From the NCBI GenBank assembly GCA_951406725.2, contig OX597817.1, forward strand, positions 1,550,001 through 1,614,000: 64,000 nucleotides of DNA, in the 5' to 3' direction. A model generated the notes under the pieces. That model had not been told where the DNA came from, did not search any database, and saw nothing but the letters and a program-made list of their open reading frames with translations. Each line of letters begins with the position of its first letter. Position 1 is the first letter of the stretch. Of the stretch, positions 54,343 through 64,000 are shown piece by piece. Source of the DNA: Octopus vulgaris (Eukaryota). A program made the translations under genes and the position numbers.

Positions 54343-56301
54343 GGTTTTGTGAGCCGAGGAGCCGTAACACTGCTGAAGAAAGATCTAAACAAGGGAAATG
54401 TAATAGATAACTTTAGGCCTATCACTCTGCTTAATGCAGACTTGAAAATTTTGGCCAAGGTGCTAGCCAAGAGGTTGGCGCTTGTCATCGAGAAACTGGT
54501 CGACAAGGCGCAAACATGCGCCGTGCCGGGCCGGAGCATCCATGACAACCTCCACCTGATGCGCTACATCATAGACAGGGTAGTTAACGAACATGGCATG
54601 GGTGGGGCGCTGATCAATTTGGATCAATCGAAAGCTTTCGATAGGGTAGACCATCGATACTTGGAGACGGTCCTCAGAGCGGTAGGCTTCGGTCCCGTCT
54701 TCCGCGGCTGGATAGCCGCTTTGTACAGAGGCATCCGTTCGGTAATTCGCGTGAATGGACATCTATCGAGACCCTTCGACATCGCACGTTCGGTCCGTCA
54801 GGGATGCCCCCTCTCGTCGCTTCTATACGTATTGACTCTCGAGCCATTATTGCGGAAGCTGGCAACTTTGAGGGGCATCCCGCGAGAACTGGGATGCGGG
54901 ACGAGCGTGTCTGCATACGCGGACGACGTCACCGTCATAGTGTCTAGCCACGAGCACATCGAGCAGGTCGGCGAGACACTGAAAAACTACGAAGCGGTGA
55001 CAGGAGCGAAAATCAACCGGGAAAAGTCAGTGGGCTTGCGACTAGGCACCTGGAGAAGCAAGCCCATGCCGTCCACCAGCGCCTCCGTCGTGGGACGCTG
55101 GACCGACGGCCCGGTTGAGTTGCTCGGGGTCTGGTTTGGTCCGGACCTCCAAGTGGAGAAGAACTGGAACGAGATAACGAGTAGGGTGGTCACTCTCGCC
55201 CGGCAATGGGCCGAGAGGAAACTGTCCCTAAAAGGTCGGGCGGAGGTGGCGAACACGTACATCGCGTCCGTCATCTACTACCGCCTGACCGTCGTACCAT
55301 GTCCCAACCCTACCATCACCAAACTACAACGCATTCTCTTTCGCTTCTTGTGGAAAGGATGCGTCCCGATGGTCAGGCGATCCATTTGCTGTCAACACCC
55401 GTTAAAAGGAGGGCTGGGCATGCCGTGGTTGATGATGCGCAGACACGCGCTGAGACTGCGACATCTCTGGCTCTATGTAGACGACGGTGAACAGATGTGG
55501 TTGCCGTTTGTGAGGCACGCTTTCCCGCAGCTCGTCTCCATGACCGAACTGCAGTCGTGGATCAAAAAGAGGCCGAAGAAGGGCGAATGGCACCGCGAGT
55601 GTCGCGTTGCTCTCAAGCAACTCTGCCGTCCCGGGTCGACCTTGAGTGACTTCATCACAACCAAAGCATTCTATAGGGGATTAGTGGAGGGGAGGTACGA
55701 CGACGAGCTCGGGGCGAACCTGGACGTCGACGAGGAGTACCTGACCCGCCTGTTCAGGACGACTTTCGGGCCAGGGCCCATGGACAACTTCCAGAGATCC
55801 CTGGTCTGGCAGTGCTACCGAGAAGCGCTACCCGTTCGGGATAAGCTCTACAGACACGGCTCGAGAAACACGGGGCCGACCTGCCCGAGATGCGGTCAGA
55901 GCGACGAAACCGTTCTGCACGCACTCGTTCAGTGTCCAACAATTTCCGACCTGTGGGCTTATGTCGAACAACTGCTGTCACGTGTGGGACGAGTCGGTTT
56001 ATCAGCTGAGTCTATCGTCAATATTGTCACGCCTCCTTCCTTCAAACGGGAAGGAAGAGCTATTTTCATCATCCTTGTGGCTATGGCGAAAGAATGTATC
56101 TGGTGGACGCGTCTGAAAGGATTGGAGACAAACACTTTCCTCTCTGGTCAATCTCTCATCAACTTCTTCAAGTACCACTTGAAAAGGAAAGTGAGAGTAG
56201 AGAGGCAAGTTTTGTCTAGCGAATGTTTTAAAAAAAGATGGGTGAATGTAGCAAGAATGGCACGTATGAATGACGAAGCCACCTTGAGCATAATCCTATG
56301 A
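54343..56301 (+). pseudogene. LINE ORF2 C-terminal half (reverse transcriptase and C-terminal zinc knuckle)
   Basis: FRPITLLNADLKILAKVL, LDQSKAFDRV, QGCPLS, YADD, CPRCGQSDETVLHALVQC; open for 650 aa. Confidence 0.95.
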
Positions 56302-56867
56302 ACCCAGAAATTGAAAACAGAGGGTTACCCACTTGCAAACAAATGTGGTAACATATAACAATATTGACCAAGGTTACCGTGGTCTTTTTCGTAGGCTTTT
56401 CTTCCCACGGATAAACCTTACTTGCTTTCCCCTTTACACCATATATCATAACACTGTGATACACGATACCTATTGATCGTTCTTTTTTTCCTCTCCCTTT
56501 TTTTTCCCCCTTTTTTCTTCTTTTTTCATTTCTCTTTCCTTTTGTTCCTTTTCCTTTCCTTTTTTTTTCTTTTTATTCTTTTTATTTTATTCAATTTTTT
56601 TTGTTTTTGTTCTTTTCTTCCCTTTTACGATCCCTCTTGATCGAAAACCTACGCCACCCCTTTTTTTTTTCTTTTGTTTTTTGTTCTCTTCATCCCCCAA
56701 AAGAAAAGCTCTACCTTGTAACTTGTCCCATCTGTGTGCAGCCCTGTGTGGCCAATAAAGAAACTTATCTATCTATCTTTCTATCTATATGTTTGTCTGT
56801 CTGTCTATCTGCTGTCTGTCTGTCTGTTTGTCTGTCTATCTGTCTGTGTATTTATGTATGTATATAG

Positions 56868-57300
56868 GTTACAAGAGGTGTATGACAACTTTTTCGGTAA
56901 TTTAATAAAACAACTTCAATCAAGTAAAAAAACAAACAACAAAAAAAAAAATAACAGAACAAAATGCTTTGATAAACATTTGTGCAAATGTTTTCAATAA
57001 GCTTTCTGAGATGAATATTCTACGAATCCACCTTCAGTTTCAATGCTGCATTAATGCGGGACTCGAATAGTCGACATGCCTGCACTAAATGACCTTTATT
57101 CATGTCGGACACTGCCTGGGCAATGGCGGCTTTCGGTGAAACTCGATATTGTGGGAATATCGATTAGTCTTCCATTTCAACTACGCTCCAAACATAGTCT
57201 ATGGGCTTTAAATCTGATGGGTTTGAAGGTCACAAGTTTGGTATTGCATGATGATAAAAGTTGTCAGACGAACATATCGAAGAAAATTTTATGTGGTACT
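56868..57300 (-). mobile_element. maT/Tc1-like transposase C-terminal fragment
   Basis: PSDLKPIDYVWSVVE on minus strand near 57170-57220. Confidence 0.55.
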
Positions 57301-58291
57301 AACTAATTTCTGTCTTTTCACGGGGAAAAAAAGTTCACCAATATTTGTAAATTCGACACTAATGCTAAAGCACAAAACTAGGTAAGTAAACAGTAGAGGA
57401 TAACACTTCTATAATCTGTAGAATTCCTTTCAAAAATAGCGGATTAAATTATAGAAGCAATTCTCATAACAGAAAAATAACCAGATAATATACCATAGTC
57501 ACAAATGAACATAAATACCTTACTGTTGACAAATAAACGTTGCGGTTAAATATCTAATTTGCGATAGTAAAGTCAACACTAATTTGAAAGATGAAACTAT
57601 GAAAGGTCTAGAAATTTTGATATTGGATTTTGGAACTTTTCTGATCCACACTAAGTACAAGGAACTCTTAATAAAAATACGGGAAAAAATTGGCAAAAGA
57701 GAAAGCTAATTGAAAGCAAAAGACTAGTAAACTATCAAATTTTCAGTATACACATATAAGTGTTCACAGTCGTCGTCTGCCTATCATTAGAAAAGGTTAG
57801 GCAGACGGCAAGAAATTCCATATATAATTAAGTGCATAGAATGTTATATGATTATATATATTAATTAGGTAGGTTGATAGATAATCCGGTAAAAGGATAA
57901 ATACATAGAAATGTTGATATATAAATTAATAAAGAGTAAAAAAAACAATAAGTCAAGTAGTTTATTAAATAAACTTTAAAATGTAGATAGATAGACTGTT
58001 AGAAAGACAGACAGACAGACAAATAGATAGATAAAATGATAAGTATGTTTCTGCATTAAATGCAGTTATATAAATGTATGTGATGTAAGAGCATGTATAT
58101 TTGTGAATGGAAACCAAGATAATTCCATGTGTTTAAAAATCTGTAATATGCATGCGTACCAGGTATATTTTGGCTAACGACTAGCATCACGCTTGAAACT
58201 CAAAAGTACCAACGAATTTGAAACAAACTGTTTTGATCTATACATGTAACTCAATAAATTGGTTGAGTGCTCTTCTTTCGTTTGTCCACTC

Positions 58292-58360
<69 letters not shown>

Positions 58361-58370
58361 AACATAAATA

Positions 58371-59635
58371 TACGCGGTGAATAAATTGTCATCTACATTA
58401 CGCAAAAATGAAAATAACTCTGACATCTCATTTTAACAGGTATATTTACCAAAATTACATTAAAGTATCTTGAAATACTAAAGAGTAAGTTTATTTAATA
58501 AAAATCGCCATTGGCTTCAAACATGGCCTCTAGATGACTTCGGAATCTCCTGCAACTCCTGTGGATGGTCACCTTGTTTAATTTGGTGAATGTTGCCATA
58601 ATCCTTGCCTTCAGTTCATCTTTGGTGTTACAAGGAGTTTTGTTGGTCTCTCACTCAACTGCATCCCACACATAATAATCAAGGAGATTGCAGTCTGGGG
58701 AGTTAGGTGACCAGAGATTAGAAATGATTTGGTCTCAGAAATTGTTTCACAGCCATGACTGGGTTTTCCTGCTTGTGTGGCATGGTGCAGAGTCCCGTTG
58801 CCAGACATAGGGTCTTTCAACAGCCATCCTTTTCACCCAGGGCACATGATGTAGGCCTCTGGCACTTGGTGTAAGCCTTTGTGTTGAGACTGAGGCCGTG
58901 TGGGAAAATGAATGGAGGAATCACTAGTCACCATCACTAGTGAACACTCTAAATACTATGATGTTGACTGGATGTTTGAGTTTTATCGCCCTCGGTACCT
59001 GTTTTGGGGACACGGCAAGCTAATGTTTGTTCTATATGCTCACCGTCTGATCCAGCAGAAATTTTCTCGTTTGACAAAAACCAAAGCATGTTCGGTTGGA
59101 GAGGATGCTTGAGTTTGTTCAAAGGCTTCGTAGCGCGGGCTTTCCTCTTGTCATTGATGGCTTGGGATAAAAATTGGCCCTTTCTCATCTTGATTGAGGA
59201 ATACCGAATGTTTTCATGCATAACCTGCCTGATAAGAAAGTTAGACACTCCCATGTCGCTGGCGATGGACCTGGATCTCACCTAGAGATTCAGGAGTTCT
59301 TTTCTTATCAGAACGATGAGAGTGAGTTTTCCGAGCTGCTGTACCTTCGTAATCATGATTAGACTCATCCAACTCTTTCCGAATTCTCTGCACCTCAGAC
59401 TGACACCCAAACATTCTGAAATGTTCGTATTGGAGATTCCCGCGAGAATGTCAAGCAGCATAGCAGGTTGTTTCCAAATTTCTAGCCGAGTGAATTGCGT
59501 CATTGTGCTGTTTTTTTCTCAAAGACGGTGCCCAACTGACCCTACTATACTGTGTAGTTGAGAAACCCAAAAACAAATAAAGCGCATGCGTGAAAATAAA
59601 ATATTAAATGATGACAATTTACCAATCGCACCCTA
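58371..59635 (-). mobile_element. Tc1/mariner DD37D (maT) transposon, near full length, degraded
   Basis: YVWQRD-(37 aa)-DYYVW with WSPNSPDCNLLD; terminal repeats share taaattgtcatc; TA-rich flanks. Confidence 0.85.
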
Positions 59636-59637
59636 TA

Positions 59638-59695
<58 letters not shown>

Positions 59696-60294
59696 TACAC
59701 AAGAACACACACACATACACAAGAACAGACACACACACGCGCACACACGTACACACATACACGAACACAAACATACACACTATTTCTTTATTAAACACAA
59801 ACATACATACACGCCCACCCATACATATGCACATGGGTACGCTTGTTTGTGAGTGTGTGTGTGAATACCAATATCTATGTCAGTAAATTGGAAGCGCTGT
59901 TGGTATTTATGTATGAGTGTGTATGTGTATATGAAGAAATGCCTTTTGCCTGGCAGCAGGTACAATATGGAGAGCGGGTTATGCAGCTTAAGGCTATTTA
60001 TTCCGGGTCAGCTTAGTGGAACATCTAACGCCGTCGTTAGGCTGCCGAAGGCTTTTGTTATCCATTCGGCAACCTGGAGCCATTTCTGATGAACACTTCT
60101 ACCACACCCCCCACACGCCCCACCACTCAATCTACCCGCCATATGAATACTTTTTTTGTATACGCGTCTATCTATGTATGTATGTATGTATGTATGTATG
60201 TATGCATGTATGTATGTATGTACGTATATGTTTACGTAAGTAAAGAAACATACGACTACATGCAGATAGACACGCGCACACAACTGTATCATTA

Positions 60295-60321
60295 TCTATC
60301 TATCTATCATCTATCTATCTG

Positions 60322-60384
<63 letters not shown>

Positions 60385-60437
60385 CTCTCTCTCTCTCTTT
60401 CTCTATCTATCTGTCTGTCTGTCTGTCTGTTTGCCTG

Positions 60438-60475
<38 letters not shown>

Positions 60476-60580
60476 AATCTATCTATCTGTCTGTCTGTCT
60501 GTCTGTCTGTCTGTCAGTCTGTCTATCTATAATCCTGTGTATGTGTCTGTGTATCTATTTACCTATCTGTCTATCTATCT
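60295..60580. repeat. (CTAT)n/(CTGT)n compound microsatellite
   Basis: Direct reading. Confidence 0.95.
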
Positions 60581-60904
60581 ACACACACACACACACACCT
60601 CAGTATGTTTGTGACCCTCTATTTTAATGTAGACCTCTGATATATATTTATGTCTTTGTGGATTCGAGTTCAAATCAACATAACACCACTAAAGTGATTC
60701 TGCCATCAAAACATATATCATAGCTAAGATGAAAAGAAAACGCAACAAAAGAATATATAAAAGTTAAAAGAATAGGAACCATAATACGAAGCGAAAGAAA
60801 TTGAAATACAAGCATTTCGCTTCAGTAATATCATAGCTAGTATCAATAAAGTTATTGATACTAAATGATTTTTATGCATGTGCGTGAATGTGTGTTTGGG
60901 TATG

Positions 60905-61082
60905 TGTGAATGTATGCATGCATGTATGTATGTATGTATGTATGTATGTATGTATGTATGTATGTATGTATGTATGTATGTATGTATGTATGTATGTATG
61001 TATGCATGCATGCATGTATGTATGTATGTATGTATGTATGTATGTATGTATGTATGTATGTATGTATGCATGTATGTATGTA

Positions 61083-61115
<33 letters not shown>

Positions 61116-61530
61116 CTATGTATGTATGTATGTATGTATGTATGTATGTATGTCTGTATGTATGTATGTATGTATGTATGTATGTATGTATGTATGTATG
61201 TATGTATGTATGTATGTATGTATGTATGTATGTATGTATGTATGTATGTATGTATGTCTGTATGTATGTATGTATGTATGTATGTATGTATGCATGCATG
61301 CATGTATGTATGTATGTATGTATGTATGTATGTATGTATGTATGTATGTATGTATGTATGTCTGTATGTATGTATGTATGTATGTATGTATGTATGTATG
61401 TATGTATGTATGTATGTATGTATGTATGTATGTATGTATGTATGTATGTATGTATGTATGTATGTATGCATGCATGCATGTATGTATGTATGTATGTATG
61501 TATGTATGTATGTATGTATGTATGTATGCA
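60905..61530. repeat. (TATG)n microsatellite, about 625 bp
   Basis: Direct reading; interrupted by tgcatgca and tctg variants. Confidence 0.97.
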
Positions 61531-62048
61531 TGCACGTACCTAGCTACCTACATACATACATGCATACATGCATACATACTATGTATTTTTTAGTGGGGGG
61601 GGGGGGGCAAAAAATACACAGTATGTATGTATGTATATATGTAGGTAGGTAGGTAGGTAGGTAGGTAGGTAGGTAGGTAGGTAGGTAGGTAGGTACGTGC
61701 ATGCTTAACTAGATATGTATACCTTTGATCCTTATAAGGCACACATTAATTGTTCTAATCGAAATGTTTATTCAATGAAAGTGCTCTATATATCATCAAA
61801 GGTTACCTGCGGCTACAACCAGAGTTTGCGTGAAATAAATGGAAAGAATAAATCTTGGATATGGCCAAATTGACGAAATAAGTATGTATATATGTATATA
61901 TATATGACAGCAACGTTTTGTGTACCTTTTTAATCCCACAATTCAGTTCGATTTTCCATGAGGCGCTTTTATCCCAAAAATTGACGGACAAAGTTAAATC
62001 ACGTACGCGTGCGCGCACCCCAGGCACACACGCGCGCACACACACACA

Positions 62049-62101
<53 letters not shown>

Positions 62102-62227
62102 TTTCGAAGTAACGTGCGCCTCACCTTGCATACACTAGTCCAGATTCTACTGCGGTTAGAATAAGGTTAGACTAGGTTGTAAGTGACGTCTAGGCTCAAA
62201 CATACATACATATATACATATATACAA

Positions 62228-62258
<31 letters not shown>

Positions 62259-62583
62259 TACTTACAGATATACATACATACATGCATACATGCATACATA
62301 CATGCATACATACATACATACACACACATACATATATACATGCACGCACACACACATATACACGTACACGAGTTTCTATGTATGTATGCGTAAATTTGTG
62401 TTTGACACAACATTGCTTGGCAACTAGTCTTGATTTTTAAAAACTTTTCCATAACTTAGCGACTCTGCAAAACAGAGCCGAAGAATACAAAGAACTGCGA
62501 CCAATTTTCTCGACTAAACTCTTGAAGGCGTCACCTTAACATGGTTCCAGTTCAATGTCTGCAACAAATAAGAGGCAGGAACG

Positions 62584-62648
<65 letters not shown>

Positions 62649-63259
62649 ACACATTCACGTACATGTGTGTTTTGTGTGTTTGTGTTTGTCGTCTTTCATA
62701 TATAATATCTATATCATATCAACTTTCCTAAACAGAATGTATTTATTTACTTTCATATACATTATACTCCTATTTCCCAAAAGAGTTCCTACCCAAGACC
62801 CTTAAATTTCAGCGAAATAATATTTGAATTCTGTGAAAAAAAATTCTTGGCTTCAGCAAGATAAAACGTCTTTTAAAGAAACTTACTATAAGTATGTGTT
62901 AATAAAAAATAGTATTCAACATTTTCAGAATAATAAGTTATTTTAAGTTGCACTTTTTTTTAATGGATACATTATCTCGCTAAAACAACTTGTGTTTCAC
63001 TGCGTGATGTATTGAATTGCCGGTGGTTGATATTGCAGCATAAAACATAAATATAAGTTGTGGGACTTTTGGAAAATCATATAAGAGTTCTGCAGTCAAA
63101 TAAATATGGGAACCATTGATATATACACAAGGGGTTGAGGAAAATAATGGAAACACCGTTAGAATTCAAAACTGCACCATACTCTATAGATGTATCCATA
63201 TCAATTATGTGTGCCTTTTACTTGTTGTTATATTCCTGTTTGGTTTCTTTTACTTTTCT

Positions 63260-63461
63260 TTTATTCTTTTACTTGCTTCAGTCATTTGATTGCGACCATG
63301 CTGGAGCACCGCCTTAATCGGTTTTAGTCGAAGAAATCGACTCCAGGACTTATTCTTCGTAAGCCTAGTACTTACTCTGTCGGTCGTTTTTTTTTGCCGA
63401 GCTGCTAAGTTACGGGGACATAAACACAACATCAGTTGTCAAGCGATGATGGAGGAGCAAC

Positions 63462-63492
<31 letters not shown>

Positions 63493-63830
63493 TTTCCAGT
63501 AATGTTTCTCAGGGCTTTCAATTCACCACAATTGATCAATAGACCAATTGAGTAAATCTATCTATAACGACTGCAGGAAACTGCTGTAAACCAAATTTGC
63601 TCTAATATAAGAATTATATGTAACGACTGTTATTTTAACTTGTCTGTCGTGTGTATGTGTGTGTGTGTGTGTGTGTGTGTACACAGCTTCTGTCTACCTA
63701 ATCCACTCACAAAGCTTTGGTCAGCCCGAGGTTATAGTAGAAGACACTTGCCCAAGGTGTCATACAGTAGGACTGAACCCAGAACCATGTGGTCGGGAAG
63801 CAAGCTTCTTACCACACAGCCACGCCCGTG
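63260..63830 (-). mobile_element. SINE family 1 copy interrupted at its internal microsatellite by about 150 bp of other sequence
   Basis: 3' half at 63260-63470, 5' half at 63683-63830. Confidence 0.8.
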
Positions 63831-64000
63831 CATATATTTAAATAAGTTAAAATGCACGACCTGTCTCATTTCTGAGGAGGAAAAATTGTCGGAGCGCAGA
63901 TGGCTGAACCTTGACTCACTACATCAGCTGAATAGCTAAAGTTTTTCAATGTTTCGAGAGGTCGGCTGTGGCAAACATAATTCTAGATCTAAGGCAAAGC

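Larger units (their letters stand above)
52258..56765 (+). mobile_element. Tx1/L1-clade non-LTR retrotransposon, 5'-truncated (end of ORF1, ORF2, 3' UTR), with internal inverted duplication
   Basis: Open frame ending ...EKAKTFEQ* at 52440; ORF2 with APE endonuclease, RT and CCHC motifs; T-rich 3' UTR; AATAAA at 56754-56759; flanked by (CTAT)n on both sides. Confidence 0.95.

Noticed and set aside
60724-61652. Long ORFs (HTYI/MYVC repeats) and similar ORFs throughout the window
   Set aside because: They are translations of stop-free microsatellites.

Overview
AT-rich eukaryotic non-genic (intron/intergenic) DNA, dense in microsatellites and degraded transposons. The tRNA-derived SINE families and (CATA)n/(TA)n/(CTAT)n arrays resemble an octopod cephalopod genome (inference, not verified). 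No host gene is confidently seen, and nearly all listed ORFs are microsatellite artefacts. Main contents: (1) a young, 5'-truncated Tx1/L1-clade LINE (about 52258-56765) between (CTAT)n tracts, with ORF2 broken by one stop and a 371-bp inverted duplication of its own 5' region; (2) several unrelated Penelope-type terminal repeats or short non-autonomous elements carrying type I hammerhead-ribozyme-like motifs (self-complementary stem III, U4C core variants, short or very long stem II), often as head-to-head inverted pairs in (TA)n tracts; (3) Penelope RT, R4/Dong RT and DD37D (maT) Tc1/mariner relics; (4) a hAT-type MITE; (5) many SINE copies, several with TSDs.
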